Source: a virus (Duplodnaviria; Caudoviricetes). Taken from it: a stretch of DNA of 64,000 nucleotides. The notes under the pieces are model-generated. The model worked only from the letters and a program-made list of their open reading frames with translations, did no database searches and had not been told where the DNA came from. The stretch covers positions 1,215-65,214 of the IMG/VR virus record IMGVR_UViG_3300025128_000026. The stretch is one strand, 5' to 3'. Positions within the stretch are counted from its first letter, which is position 1; every line of letters starts with the position of its first letter. Both the position numbers and the translations under genes were made by a program. This document shows positions 18,865-29,957 of this stretch, piece after piece.

Positions 18865-21800
18865 TTATATTCCTCTCATTAGTTTATCATACTCAGCTCG
18901 CTGTGCAAGATTCATTTGAGAGTATGGAATTGCAGTATTAACAGAAGTTACAGGCGGTTGTAATAACTGAGGATTAACTTGCGCTAATCCAGATATATTA
19001 GATGTTACCGGTTGTTCTTCTGTTGGTGTGCTAAATGGGTTTTCAAACTCAGGAAACTCTCCTAAAGATAATGGTGCAATCGATAGCATATCATAGATAG
19101 CACTTATAACAGGAGCTGCTGAGTCCATTGGATTTGCTACACCTAATCTAACGGAATTTTCTCTTATTGCTTTATTTACTTCTCTTGAAATATCATAAGG
19201 TCTAAAGATACCTTCTTCTAGAGCACGTTTTTCTTTTTTAGATGTAGCTCTATCTAATGATTCATTTAAATTTTCTTCATTAATTGCTAACGTTCTTGCT
19301 GCATCTATATCTAATTTATAGTTTTTCTTAACACCAAACAACGCTCTGTTTGCATTTATGTATGCATCAACAATTTGTTCTGGTGTAACTACACCTGCTC
19401 TTAGTGCTTCTTTAGTAAATAATCTTTTAGAATCTCTAGCACCTCTAACAAAGTCAGCTGTCTTGTATTTAAAAGTTCTTTCAGGATCTACTTTTACATT
19501 TCTTGCACCAACAAAACCCCACAGTTCATCGCCAAACTCAAACTGTCTACCTTGTGGATCAAAACTATCTGGGTCATCTTTATTTTTCAAAGATATCTTT
19601 AATCTTTTTAATGTTGGATAAGATAATGGCGCTTGTGATTTAACCAAGTGGGCCATAATTTTATATGCTTTATTACCATCAGAATCTTGTTCGTTAAATA
19701 CCTCAAAACCTTCTCTTGTTTTACCACCTCTAAGAAATATATCAGCTGTAGCTTCTGTCCAAATAGATTCTGAAATAAATGGTGATGCAACTTCTTTACC
19801 TGCAATAAACATACCTCTAAGAAAATCATCCATCATACCGTCTTCATCTTCTCTACCTGAAGCAACTTCATTAACAATAGTTTGAAAAGGTCTAATTAAA
19901 ATATCGTATGGGTTAGCATGACTGAAGTCTACATATTTATCTAACTTACCTGTCTCTTCATCTCTAATAGGAAGTAGTGTAGAGTTCTTAGACCAATCAG
20001 CTACATATCTTCTTAATGCTTCCATCTCATCGTTAGTGACATTGTGTATTGTTTTAAACGCTGCAACTGTTGCTGCTGGAATTGCTGCTGTAGTTGCAGC
20101 CATACCTATTAATCTTTGGTATCCTATTCTTGCTAATGGTTTTACTGTATCACCTGCATCATTAACAGTTGTGTAATTAATTTCTTTTAGTCCACGTCTT
20201 GCAATGTTTGTACCTGTTCTCATAATTTCTGCAGGGAAAGATACAAAATTTCCAAGCGGTAATTTTCTTAAACCTTTTACAAACTCAGACACATAATCAT
20301 AGTTTGGTATATTATTTCTTACAATATCTGCTGCCTCTTCTTCTATTTCGTCTATTGTTCTTTTAACTCCAGCTCTTTCGTATGCTGTAGCTAATCTTCT
20401 AGACTCTACAGAAAACGTAGCCATCTTCCAAAAATCATCTTCAGCTGTATATAAATCTTCCCCAACTCCTCTTGCTTTAGATGCAAATCTTGCTAACCAT
20501 CTAGGTGCAATAGTGCTTGCATTTTCTACAAGATTAGTATCACCAATTAAACTTCTTAGATCTCCTAATCTTACGTTAGAGTTTGTTACACCTAATTGTA
20601 ACATTTTTCTGTATCTATCATTTTGTTTTCTCATACCAGGTAAGGGTGCTTGCAGTGCTTGATATGCAAACTTGATAGCTGTTGGATCTGGTATAACACC
20701 ATTCGCAGTTGCGAAGGCACCAGCGCTCACAAAGTTACGAATGTGTGTAATTGGTGACAAAATTGTTTTTGCCATTTGTGATGTTGCTTTAGGATATAAA
20801 ACAAAACCTGCGTATATCTGACTTGTTAAACCTTCACCTAATAAATTTTTATTTGTTTCTTCTAATGCATCTGCAATTTCATCAATTGCATACATACCAT
20901 TAAGTGGATTAGTAGATCCTACTTCTAGTTTTTTTGCAGGATCTAAATTAATTTGTCTAAATCTAGCTGTATTTAATTCTCTTGCAGCTGTACCATCGGC
21001 TACTTCATCTGCAGTATAAAACATTTTTCTACCCGTAGAACTAGCTGCACCTAATCTATCTGATTGTTGTAATAGTTCGTTAAAAAATTGATTACGTCTT
21101 GTAATTAAAGATAGTCTTGTTGTACCACTTAATATAGTCTGCATTGGGTTTTTAGTTTTACCTAATACTGCTTCTATATTTTTTCTCGCTTCTTTATTTA
21201 TTAACTTACTATTATCTAAGTTTACTAAATCTTCTTGAATAGTGCCTTTTCTGAAAATTGGCATCTTAAATAATGGAGAGGCTTCTTTATCTAATCTTAA
21301 ACCTTTTGGTAGACCTTGTTTTTGTGCAGACTTAACAAGTCTTTCAACATAAAGTTCTGCTTCACCATCAGTTAATCTAACACCATTTCTTCTAGCTTGT
21401 TCAATAAACATTTTTTTAGTAGCTTCAACTGCCTCTGTTGCAGGTTTCCAATTGAAAAAAGGTATTAAAGATCTATTTTGATACACATCATAAGTTTGTC
21501 CTAACCAATCTTTAAATTTATTACCAAACAAACCTTTAAACTCATCTAATTGTTTACCTGTAATTCTTGTGCTAAGAGCACTAAACATTTCACCCCAACC
21601 AGTTCTAATCGCTGTAATATTATCAAAGATGTCATCTATGTTTTTTAATTTGTCTGCATCATCTCCTATAATATCTCTTAATTTTTTTATAAGTTTTGCT
21701 TTTTTAGTTGCATCTACATCACCAAATTTAACATTACCTGCTTTATTAACCGTAGGTTTACCTGAAAGTAGGACATCATTCATTTGTTCTAACACATCTT

Positions 21801-22740
21801 TTCTATCTTTATATAATGGACTTTTATCAGATATAGTTTTCCATGCAGGAAATATTGCATCTATTCTTTTATCTAATTCTCTTGATGTTTGTTTTGCAAG
21901 TTGTATATCTTGAGCTCTTAAACCAATTTGTCTTCTTTCAAGATCAAAAAATTCTTGTGTCTTACCACCTCTTGCTCTTGCAAACGATGCAATTTTATCT
22001 AGTGTTTGATCTATTTTACTATTTGAAAATCTATTCTTAGCACCTCTTGTTGCTAGATTCTTAATTGTTTTACCAACACCACCCAGTATACCACTAAATA
22101 AAGCACCCTCAGTACCAAACTTAACTCTGTTAATTAGTTCTCTTGTTGGATCGTAATCATCATCTCTTTCAAGTTCTGTTGGTCCACCTAATAAATCACC
22201 AAACGTTCCAACTTCATTTACGTCGCCAATAAACACACCTTCAGCTACACCAGATGCAGCGGACCCAACAATAAATTGTGCAGTCTTACCTCTAGCATTT
22301 AGTTTAGTTGCTTGTTTAGCACCTTTAACTAAATTAGGTTCTGTTAGTTTAAAATATTTACCAGCTCTACCAGCTTGAAATGCTTTGGCTGCAAGGTTTG
22401 CACCTGCAGAATATGCACCTACAGCAGGAAAACCTATGTTAACTAATGTTTCTGTAATTTTACCAGCAGTTGTTGCTTCTGCTTGTTCATCTAATGTAGT
22501 AAGGTCATCAAAAAATTTTTCTACTTCTGCTGCCTTGTTAGTATCAGCTCCTAGATCCATGAGACTAGCACCTAGTGACGCAAAACCTTTTGGTATAGCA
22601 AGTAAACCAGAACCTACACCTGCAAGCATAGACTGTAATACACTTATATCGCTGTAGTCTTCAGCTTCATTTAATTTAAAGCCTGTGCTTACGCTTTCTT
22701 TTTCATTTTGTTCAAGAAGCTTCTCTAGTTCCGAGGCCAT
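18865..22740 (-). CDS. Large internal virion (ejection) protein, 1291 aa
   Basis: Size, helical composition and position typical of podovirus ejection proteins. Confidence 0.7.
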   Translation of the reverse strand: MASELEKLLEQNEKESVSTGFKLNEAEDYSDISVLQSMLAGVGSGLLAIPKGFASLGASLMDLGADTNKAAEVEKFFDDLTTLDEQAEATTAGKITETLVNIGFPAVGAYSAGANLAAKAFQAGRAGKYFKLTEPNLVKGAKQATKLNARGKTAQFIVGSAASGVAEGVFIGDVNEVGTFGDLLGGPTELERDDDYDPTRELINRVKFGTEGALFSGILGGVGKTIKNLATRGAKNRFSNSKIDQTLDKIASFARARGGKTQEFFDLERRQIGLRAQDIQLAKQTSRELDKRIDAIFPAWKTISDKSPLYKDRKDVLEQMNDVLLSGKPTVNKAGNVKFGDVDATKKAKLIKKLRDIIGDDADKLKNIDDIFDNITAIRTGWGEMFSALSTRITGKQLDEFKGLFGNKFKDWLGQTYDVYQNRSLIPFFNWKPATEAVEATKKMFIEQARRNGVRLTDGEAELYVERLVKSAQKQGLPKGLRLDKEASPLFKMPIFRKGTIQEDLVNLDNSKLINKEARKNIEAVLGKTKNPMQTILSGTTRLSLITRRNQFFNELLQQSDRLGAASSTGRKMFYTADEVADGTAARELNTARFRQINLDPAKKLEVGSTNPLNGMYAIDEIADALEETNKNLLGEGLTSQIYAGFVLYPKATSQMAKTILSPITHIRNFVSAGAFATANGVIPDPTAIKFAYQALQAPLPGMRKQNDRYRKMLQLGVTNSNVRLGDLRSLIGDTNLVENASTIAPRWLARFASKARGVGEDLYTAEDDFWKMATFSVESRRLATAYERAGVKRTIDEIEEEAADIVRNNIPNYDYVSEFVKGLRKLPLGNFVSFPAEIMRTGTNIARRGLKEINYTTVNDAGDTVKPLARIGYQRLIGMAATTAAIPAATVAAFKTIHNVTNDEMEALRRYVADWSKNSTLLPIRDEETGKLDKYVDFSHANPYDILIRPFQTIVNEVASGREDEDGMMDDFLRGMFIAGKEVASPFISESIWTEATADIFLRGGKTREGFEVFNEQDSDGNKAYKIMAHLVKSQAPLSYPTLKRLKISLKNKDDPDSFDPQGRQFEFGDELWGFVGARNVKVDPERTFKYKTADFVRGARDSKRLFTKEALRAGVVTPEQIVDAYINANRALFGVKKNYKLDIDAARTLAINEENLNESLDRATSKKEKRALEEGIFRPYDISREVNKAIRENSVRLGVANPMDSAAPVISAIYDMLSIAPLSLGEFPEFENPFSTPTEEQPVTSNISGLAQVNPQLLQPPVTSVNTAIPYSQMNLAQRAEYDKLMRGI

Positions 22741-22748
22741 TTAGTCTC

Positions 22749-23873
22749 CTAACCTTTTTCTTTTCCAAGAAATTCAAGAGCTAACTCTCCCTTTGCATTT
22801 ACTATTACTTTATATAATCCGTTGTCAGGAGCGTGATAAACTACTTTACCTACTGAATCTTCAGAAAATGTTTTTACATCTTTTTTATTATTGATAACTC
22901 CTGCAAAATTTTCATCGTCTCTGTATTTATCTTGAACAGCTCTAGATTTACCTAAATCTGCTTCTATTCTTAAAAATCTATCTTCTGGATCTTCTATATC
23001 TGCTTTAGCTGTAAGAGATTTAAATAATATTTCTTCATCAGGAGTTCTTCCTTCTTTTCCTTTTAAAGCAAGTTCTTGAACAACTTCATAGTTACCCTTT
23101 GCCCTATCTTTTCTACTTGCTTGTGCAATACTCTTTTTAATATCTTCTTCTATTGCAAGTCTAGCTGCAGCTTGTTTAGTTTCATCTATTTTACCTGTTG
23201 CACCAGCTGCTGCAGTAATAGCGTTTGCTATATCTTGCATAGTGTTACCAGTAGACTTACCAAACTGTGCACTAGCTGCTGCAAGAGCATTATTAATAAC
23301 TCTTTTTCTAGCACCAGGATTTAATAATTCTTCAAATTCTCTTGCTCTAGCTTTAAGAATTGCATTTTTTTCAGCTTGAGTCACAACATTAGAACCAGTA
23401 TCTTTTGTTGTAATTGTTGGTTCAGTGTCTTCATCTGGCACTTCAACTTTAGGTGTAGTTTGTTTTAAAACGTCTTCTAAATTTCCAGAAAAATATTTTT
23501 GATATGGTCTTAATTGTTCTTGTGTTGATAAAGCTGTTTCTGCAGCTTTTTTCTTTTGAACAATTGGAGCTGATTCTACAACTTGTGATATAATATCTTT
23601 TTTAGGATCAGCAGGTCTTAAACTAAATATATTAGCAAACCTACCTGCCATATCTTTTTCAGCTCTAAATGGATTACCCATTCCTATTGATTGAAATGCT
23701 CTTAATTGGTCCATGTCAGGAGTTTGATAAAAAGGATCAAATGTTGCATTTACATTTTGTAAAGGTGTACCATCTTGTAGTTCTTCTCTATCAACCAAAC
23801 CACTCATAATACCATCGTTACCTACTTCGGCTTTGCCTCCTATTCTAAACATTGGTCTTCTTAAAGTTCTCAT
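22749..23873 (-). CDS. Putative internal virion protein
   Basis: MRTLRRPMFRIGG start; Ala-rich helices. Confidence 0.6.
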   Translation of the reverse strand: MRTLRRPMFRIGGKAEVGNDGIMSGLVDREELQDGTPLQNVNATFDPFYQTPDMDQLRAFQSIGMGNPFRAEKDMAGRFANIFSLRPADPKKDIISQVVESAPIVQKKKAAETALSTQEQLRPYQKYFSGNLEDVLKQTTPKVEVPDEDTEPTITTKDTGSNVVTQAEKNAILKARAREFEELLNPGARKRVINNALAAASAQFGKSTGNTMQDIANAITAAAGATGKIDETKQAAARLAIEEDIKKSIAQASRKDRAKGNYEVVQELALKGKEGRTPDEEILFKSLTAKADIEDPEDRFLRIEADLGKSRAVQDKYRDDENFAGVINNKKDVKTFSEDSVGKVVYHAPDNGLYKVIVNAKGELALEFLGKEKG

Positions 23874-23881
23874 AATTTTTC

Positions 23882-25060
23882 CTATCTAAAAACGTTTCCG
23901 TAAATACTTGCTAGTCCAGTTCCTATTTGTAACGCACTCGATAACGGACTTGCTTGTGGTGCGTCTGGAGCAAAAGTAACTTGACCTGGATATCCACCCA
24001 TCAATCCTGTCACTGCTGTTCCAAATTGTTGTGATCTTTGTAATGGTTCATATGCTGCCATCTGTGCAGTTTGTCTAGCTGCATCTGCTTCTGCTTGTGC
24101 TTGAGCTTGTCTTACACTACCTAATGCACCAAGACCTGCAATCTCTTGTTGAGCCGCCTGTTGTGCAAAACTACCAAGCCCTTGTTGAAATGCACCTTGT
24201 GCTAATTGTGATTGTGCTAATCCTTGTTGTGCAGTTCCTAGACCTAATTGTCCAGAAGCTAATGCTGCTTGCTGTGATGCAAGGCCAGATAAATTTTGTA
24301 AGTCTTGTTGTCTTGCAGCTTGTGCCTGACCATAACCAGCTTGTAATAGTTGTGCTTGTGTTGCTGCTCGATTCCTGTCGCTTGCTGCTTGGAACTCGGC
24401 TAGTTGTACACCCTCACGGCCACCACCAAATGCACCCGCTCGTAAAGCAGATTGTGCAATTGCTTGTTCTTGTATTTGTCTTTGTCTATCAAACTCTGCA
24501 AGAGTTGTGTCAATAACTTGTTGTTGATATGGTGACATGTAAGATGCAATGGTTCCTGCACCTGTACCTGCACCAGTTCCTGTAAGAGCTTGTGCTTGTC
24601 CCAATGTAGTTCCAGCTGCACCTAGTCCTGTTCTTGCTGCACCAATATCACCAGCTACTCCCCCTAAAGTTGTACCAGCTTGACCTGCAGCCGTTGCTGC
24701 ATCTGTTAAATACTGTTGATAAGCTCCAAGTCCCGTGGCACCTGTGGCTTTAGTAATGGCATCTTTTTGTAATTGATCCATGCCTGCAACAGTAGGCGCA
24801 AGATCTGCCATTTGTGCTTTTCTAATATCGAATTCTCTAGCTGTTTGTTTTGCACCTGCTTGTCTTGCAGCAAACTCTGCATCTGTTTCAGGTTTTAACC
24901 CCTGTGCAATTCTATCAGCATCTAATTCACCTTTTACAAGTTGACCCGATACATCTGTTGTTGTAATTGGAGTACCAACTGTTTTTGTAAGTGTGTCAGC
25001 ATACGTTTTACCTAATGCTTCTATAAACTCTGCGGGTAATGTTCTTGTTTCTGTAACCAT
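23882..25060 (-). CDS. Putative DNA-pilot or ejection protein (Ala/Gln/Gly-rich)
   Basis: YMSPYQQQVID, GAFGGGR, C-terminal amphipathic helix. Confidence 0.65.
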   Translation of the reverse strand: MVTETRTLPAEFIEALGKTYADTLTKTVGTPITTTDVSGQLVKGELDADRIAQGLKPETDAEFAARQAGAKQTAREFDIRKAQMADLAPTVAGMDQLQKDAITKATGATGLGAYQQYLTDAATAAGQAGTTLGGVAGDIGAARTGLGAAGTTLGQAQALTGTGAGTGAGTIASYMSPYQQQVIDTTLAEFDRQRQIQEQAIAQSALRAGAFGGGREGVQLAEFQAASDRNRAATQAQLLQAGYGQAQAARQQDLQNLSGLASQQAALASGQLGLGTAQQGLAQSQLAQGAFQQGLGSFAQQAAQQEIAGLGALGSVRQAQAQAEADAARQTAQMAAYEPLQRSQQFGTAVTGLMGGYPGQVTFAPDAPQASPLSSALQIGTGLASIYGNVFR

Positions 25061-26379
25061 TATCCTACTTTTCTCTCTAATGATTTCATAGTGTCATACA
25101 TTCTTTGTGCACCTTTTTCTATACTACCACCGCCTGCGCCTCTTACAGCGTCAGCAGTCATAACAAATTCATTTTTAGATAACATTGCTGGAACGTCATC
25201 TGCTTTTTCTTTGATGCCAACTGGTACAAAACCACCTTTGTCTCTGTAGTCTCTTTCAATAACACCACCTTCGTTCATTCTCATTTTACCTGTAGGTATT
25301 TCCATCATACCTCCACCCATAGCTTTTTTTCTACTTGCAGCCATGGCCTGCATGACACCTGCTCTGTAAGAATCTTCTTCGTCTTCGTCTGCAGGCATTG
25401 CGCCTTTCATTAATCCTATTCTACCACCGTCTGCTTCTTCTACTCTTCCTTTTTTCATATCAAATGCTGATCTTAACTGATCTAATTCATCTCTGGTTAA
25501 AAGTCTTAAATCATCTTTGTCAAACATTTCTTTAGCCATTTGTCTTAGCTCATCTGTTCCCAATGCAAACCCTATTCTACCACCGTTAGCGGCCATCTGC
25601 ATCGGTGCTTCTTGCATAATACCTTCTGGTGCTCTAGCACTATCACCTAAATATATTTCTAAAAATGATTTAAAGTCTCCTTGGAAACCTTGACGTTTTG
25701 CTTCTTCAAATGCTTGTGTTAATTCCATTAACATGTCCATTTCAAATTCTTCAGGACCTGTTTCAGACGCCATTTTCATGTTACCTGTATATCTTACGTC
25801 TGGTGCGCCAGCTTCTAAACTTTTAATTCCTTCTTTGTCCATAGTATCTCCTCCAAGTCTATAGCCGACTCTACCACCCATAGCTCTATATTCTTGTGTG
25901 TTATCTAATATAAATTTTCTTACTTCTTCTGCAGAAGCATTTGGGTTTACGTTACTATAGTACCTATTCATTAAAGGTTCAAGTCTTTTGAGACGCTCTG
26001 CATAAGCATCCTCGTCCTCTCCTTCTTCTTTAGGAAACATATTAGCTAGTGTAAAAGCGGCACCTCCTCCTGCAAGTATTTTACCTGCTGTGCTTAAATT
26101 AGCAAAACCAGTTTTAGCCTTACCTAATAAACCTAATAGTCCAGAACCACTTGTTGCTTGTGGACCTAGTTGACTTGGAAGAGCACCTATTAACTTTCCA
26201 AAAGCTCCTTTACCAAACACACCACCAAATGATGTTCCAGGTATACCAAAACCAACTGCACCTAATATTGCAGCTTTACCTATAGGACTTTTAATAACAT
26301 TTTTTACACCTTTAACAGCTTTCTTAACTAGACTTCCCAGCCCATACATCTGCCTTGGTTGCATCGATCTATTTATCAT
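25060..26379 (-). CDS. Putative internal virion protein with repeated GGR(V/I)G motifs
   Basis: YGLGSLVKKAVK start; GGRVG and GGRIG x2; ADDVPAMLSKNEFVMTADAV. Confidence 0.65.
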   Translation of the reverse strand: MINRSMQPRQMYGLGSLVKKAVKGVKNVIKSPIGKAAILGAVGFGIPGTSFGGVFGKGAFGKLIGALPSQLGPQATSGSGLLGLLGKAKTGFANLSTAGKILAGGGAAFTLANMFPKEEGEDEDAYAERLKRLEPLMNRYYSNVNPNASAEEVRKFILDNTQEYRAMGGRVGYRLGGDTMDKEGIKSLEAGAPDVRYTGNMKMASETGPEEFEMDMLMELTQAFEEAKRQGFQGDFKSFLEIYLGDSARAPEGIMQEAPMQMAANGGRIGFALGTDELRQMAKEMFDKDDLRLLTRDELDQLRSAFDMKKGRVEEADGGRIGLMKGAMPADEDEEDSYRAGVMQAMAASRKKAMGGGMMEIPTGKMRMNEGGVIERDYRDKGGFVPVGIKEKADDVPAMLSKNEFVMTADAVRGAGGGSIEKGAQRMYDTMKSLERKVG

Positions 26380-26464
26380 AATTATGTTTTAGTTAATATA
26401 TTATATAGGCAGGAATTACACCTGGAATTTACTAATTTACTAGTTTTTTACTAATAAATCAAGA

Positions 26465-26806
26465 CTATGTTGTAACCTCTCTAGGCTTAGTTTCTAAGGC
26501 AGAAAGGACTACGTGTAGTCTATTAGCTGTTGCTGCAGTCACTTTTAATATCTCACTTTCCTGTAATACCAAAGGTGCTGATAGTAATTCTGTTGTACCA
26601 TTTGCAGATATAGATTTAGTTTTAAATAAACTAAATACAGCATTTGATGTATCTGTAATAGTCACTGTAATAGTATCTGCATTACCTGAGTCTTCAGATA
26701 CCAATATAGATTTTATAATAGCAGTTGTTGCTGATGGCACTGTATATAGTGTTGTAGCTGATGTAGAAGTTAAATCTACTTTTTTATTTACGAATGTATT
26801 AGCCAA
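26465..26806 (-). CDS. Small virion structural protein
   Basis: Thr-rich beta protein similar in type to 34639-34998. Confidence 0.65.
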   Translation of the reverse strand: MANTFVNKKVDLTSTSATTLYTVPSATTAIIKSILVSEDSGNADTITVTITDTSNAVFSLFKTKSISANGTTELLSAPLVLQESEILKVTAATANRLHVVLSALETKPREVTT

Positions 26807-26963
26807 GGAAGTATGCCTCCGCTTCTGCTTCTTCTTTTAAATCTTGTTGAAATGTTGTATTTAATTTTTGTACTATACTGTCTACATCTCTAACAAATGA
26901 TTGTTGCACTTGTTGATCGTAGTCTTCTAAAGGTTGTGTTAGTGATTGTACAATTCTTGCCAT
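26799..26963 (-). CDS. Small protein (54 aa), tail region
   Basis: MARIVQSLTQPLEDYDQQVQQSFVRD...EAYFLG; coupled to both neighbours. Confidence 0.6.
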   Translation of the reverse strand: MARIVQSLTQPLEDYDQQVQQSFVRDVDSIVQKLNTTFQQDLKEEAEAEAYFLG

Positions 26964-29119
26964 TATCTTCTACCGTCTGGTTGATAGTCAATTCTAAAAG
27001 TTCCAACTTTCCAAAACTGACTAGTGCTTGTGTTGTCTATTTTTAAAGATATAGATCTTGCTCTTGCACGTGTATCTATTTTTTGTGTGCTAGATGTTAT
27101 AGTAAATGGTCCAAGTGATGAGCTAACTTCCGTATCATTTGGAAAGTCTCTTAAATTTAATGTAATTCTTGTATCACCTGTTTGTGCTAAAAAGTCTGGC
27201 AACACTCTTCTTATCTTCATTATAAATTCACCATCGCCATCTAAACCTTGTCGACCTATATCAAAGTCTCCAGATTCAATACTAGCAGTAATAGATGAAG
27301 TTGAACCTTCTCGTATTTGATCTAATCCTTTTTCGTGTTCATAATAATAACTAACACCATCTACGTTACCTTGTACAAATGTAGAAGAGCCAGATGTACC
27401 ATTAGAACTTGTATCATATTCTGATGCGTGAGGTTTACCAAATACAGCAGAATCTTGCCAAGCAGTTCTAGCTAATGTACCTGTAGTCCAAACTGGCCGA
27501 TCGGGTGTTGAGTCAAGATAATTGTAACACACCATTCTATTAACTGTGCTAGATGAAGAACTAGGATAAAACCACATAACTTCACCAAACAAATTATTAA
27601 GACCTGCATTAATATGTTGTTTAGGAATTGTATTAATATCGTCATAAACAAAATCTTCAACTAAACACGGTAGTGATTCTAATTTACCAGTATATCTAAA
27701 GAAACCATTTTCTGACATCCAATATGCAGAACCATCAACTTCCACAGCTGCGTTCTTACCTATCAGTCCACAGTTTGTACCAACTTGTTGAAAAGAGAAA
27801 GTAAAAGGCGCACCTACAAATCTCATAATAAATAATGCAGTATCGGTCCAAACATAAATTGCATCACGACCTCTGATCGCTCCTACAATTTTAGATCCAT
27901 CTGCAAGTCTTTGTGTACCAGCAGTATTAGTTGCACTAGGTGAATAAGCATCACTGCCATCAATATTTTCTTGATCAGAAAATCTTATAAACATTTCATC
28001 TCTTGTACCTGATGAGCCTACTGTTGTTTCTGTTCCAAAAAATATTAAGTGTCTATCCGGTGCTGATACCAAACTAAATGAAGATGCGGTTGGTGCATTT
28101 GCAAGTATAGTTGCTCTAGTTGATGTTGCACCCGTAGGATCAGAATCCCATTCAAATGTTTCTCCACCAAATATGGTTGCAATAAGTTTATTACCAAAAT
28201 TATCTAACGACCATAAACCTGGTGCTGTTACAATATCTCCAGATGCTGCAGCGTTCCATGCAAAAAAGTTTGATGCATCTGTTACCACCGCTCCTGATGA
28301 GTGTGTTGCAGCTGTTGTACCATTAGCACCCCTAGTTAAACCTGATAAAGTTCCACCACTATTTCCTGTGTATGTAATTAATTCTGTTCCTATAATAACT
28401 GTTCCTGAAGATGGAAAAGATGTTGAACTTGCCATTGTTAATGATGTTACGCTTGCATTAATTCCTGATGACAATGTTGATGTAAACTGTCCTTGTTGTT
28501 GACCACCCCATGATCCAAGACCCCAACCTGTTGTAGCAGTTTCAACAGCTGGTCCTACTGGATAATAATGTTGCACCCTAATTCCACCAGACGTAGACGC
28601 ACCTGATCCAGATTCATTAGAACCCATAGTAATAGTTAATGTGGTATCAGTTGGTATTGAAGCTATCATAAATTTTGTATCATCAAAATCACTAGATGAA
28701 AAATTAGAATTAGTTATAGATGAAAAATTATCCAATAAAATAATATCACCTTTATTCATGTTGTGTGCTGATGCAAAAGTTATGGTTACAGTCGCAGATC
28801 CATTAGTTGTAGAAAATGCACTTGTTAAAGTTGTAGTAGATTTAATCGGATGTATGTCATAAAAAATACCACCAGAATATGCATATAAAATACTACTAGT
28901 TCCTAGTGCTGCATACTTGATACCTGAAGCGTTGACAAAATGATGAATAGCTGTGTTACGACCAGTTAATTCTACAGAACCTAGTTGAGCCCAACCACCT
29001 ATTTTTTCAGGCGTGCCATATCTAAATCTAACATTATCACCTGCAACCCATTGGTTTTCACCTCCAGTATCGGTAACTTGTTTATTAAATCCTGGTGCAA
29101 ATTTTACTTTTTGTAACAT
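26963..29119 (-). CDS. Tail nozzle / DNA-stabilization protein (P22 gp10 or tail tubular B-like)
   Basis: 718-aa beta-rich protein; IRFSDQE, CGLIG, VMWFYP, RTAWQD. Confidence 0.75.
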   Translation of the reverse strand: MLQKVKFAPGFNKQVTDTGGENQWVAGDNVRFRYGTPEKIGGWAQLGSVELTGRNTAIHHFVNASGIKYAALGTSSILYAYSGGIFYDIHPIKSTTTLTSAFSTTNGSATVTITFASAHNMNKGDIILLDNFSSITNSNFSSSDFDDTKFMIASIPTDTTLTITMGSNESGSGASTSGGIRVQHYYPVGPAVETATTGWGLGSWGGQQQGQFTSTLSSGINASVTSLTMASSTSFPSSGTVIIGTELITYTGNSGGTLSGLTRGANGTTAATHSSGAVVTDASNFFAWNAAASGDIVTAPGLWSLDNFGNKLIATIFGGETFEWDSDPTGATSTRATILANAPTASSFSLVSAPDRHLIFFGTETTVGSSGTRDEMFIRFSDQENIDGSDAYSPSATNTAGTQRLADGSKIVGAIRGRDAIYVWTDTALFIMRFVGAPFTFSFQQVGTNCGLIGKNAAVEVDGSAYWMSENGFFRYTGKLESLPCLVEDFVYDDINTIPKQHINAGLNNLFGEVMWFYPSSSSSTVNRMVCYNYLDSTPDRPVWTTGTLARTAWQDSAVFGKPHASEYDTSSNGTSGSSTFVQGNVDGVSYYYEHEKGLDQIREGSTSSITASIESGDFDIGRQGLDGDGEFIMKIRRVLPDFLAQTGDTRITLNLRDFPNDTEVSSSLGPFTITSSTQKIDTRARARSISLKIDNTSTSQFWKVGTFRIDYQPDGRR

Positions 29120-29138
29120 ACAAAATCCTTAATAATTA

Positions 29139-29170
29139 GGCAGGAGATGGTGTGGTGGAGATCTCCCGCC
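29139..29170 (-). terminator. Intergenic hairpin
   Basis: GGCAGGAGAT...ATCTCCCGCC imperfect stem. Confidence 0.4.
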
Positions 29171-29188
29171 AAATTATTATATACAATA

Positions 29189-29836
29189 TTATTTAGGTAA
29201 TTTAAAGCCTTTATACCATCCAGGCAACCCTAAAAAAGGTCTTGTATCATATTGATTTTGTTTAGCTGTTTTTGAGTTTGCTTTGTTGTAATGTAAAAAA
29301 ACTTGTCCACAATCTTCGCCAGTAAACTCTTCTCGCCAATGCTCAAGATCACATCCTGAGTATATTAACATATCACCTGGTTTTAAATCTACTTTAATAC
29401 CAGCTTGACTTGTTTTACCTGTTGGATCTAAATATATTGGCCAAGAGTCACCTCCAAGATTTAAAGTTGTAGATATTTCACAAGAATATCTATCTTTATG
29501 TCTAGCTAGTATATCTCCTTTTTTATAAATTCTAGCATAAGAATATGTTTCTGATAATTTTAATCCTGTATGTTTTTCCATAACAGGCTTTACTTTTTGT
29601 AATAAAGTTTCCATAACAATATCTCCATAATGTGAATATGTATTAGGAACTTGTTCATCGTTCCATACACCCCAATATTCTGTAAAAGGTGATATGTATT
29701 TTTGATCAAATAAAAATCTTGCAACTTTTCTTTTGTTTAAAAAATATGCAAAACAAAAATCTGCCATTTCTCTTGATATAGCAGACTTTAAAATACTATA
29801 TTTATTTTTTTGGAACGCCGATTTTTTTAATGACAT
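29189..29836 (-). CDS. 2OG-Fe(II) oxygenase
   Basis: RHKDR...EHWRE HxD...H facial triad. Confidence 0.85.
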   Translation of the reverse strand: MSLKKSAFQKNKYSILKSAISREMADFCFAYFLNKRKVARFLFDQKYISPFTEYWGVWNDEQVPNTYSHYGDIVMETLLQKVKPVMEKHTGLKLSETYSYARIYKKGDILARHKDRYSCEISTTLNLGGDSWPIYLDPTGKTSQAGIKVDLKPGDMLIYSGCDLEHWREEFTGEDCGQVFLHYNKANSKTAKQNQYDTRPFLGLPGWYKGFKLPK

Positions 29837-29957
29837 TTTTTCCTTTCAGTTGCATTTTAGATTTTATAAAATTATCTATAAAGTTTGGTTTATTTTTTAC
29901 AGAACTACTTTCTAATATGGTTTTTATTACAGCTTTTTTCATATCTTTATTTTGCAT
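29802..29957 (-). CDS. Small basic hypothetical protein (51 aa)
   Basis: MQNKDMKKAVIKTILESS...GVPKK fills the gap between oxygenases. Confidence 0.4.
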   Translation of the reverse strand: MQNKDMKKAVIKTILESSSVKNKPNFIDNFIKSKMQLKGKNVIKKIGVPKK

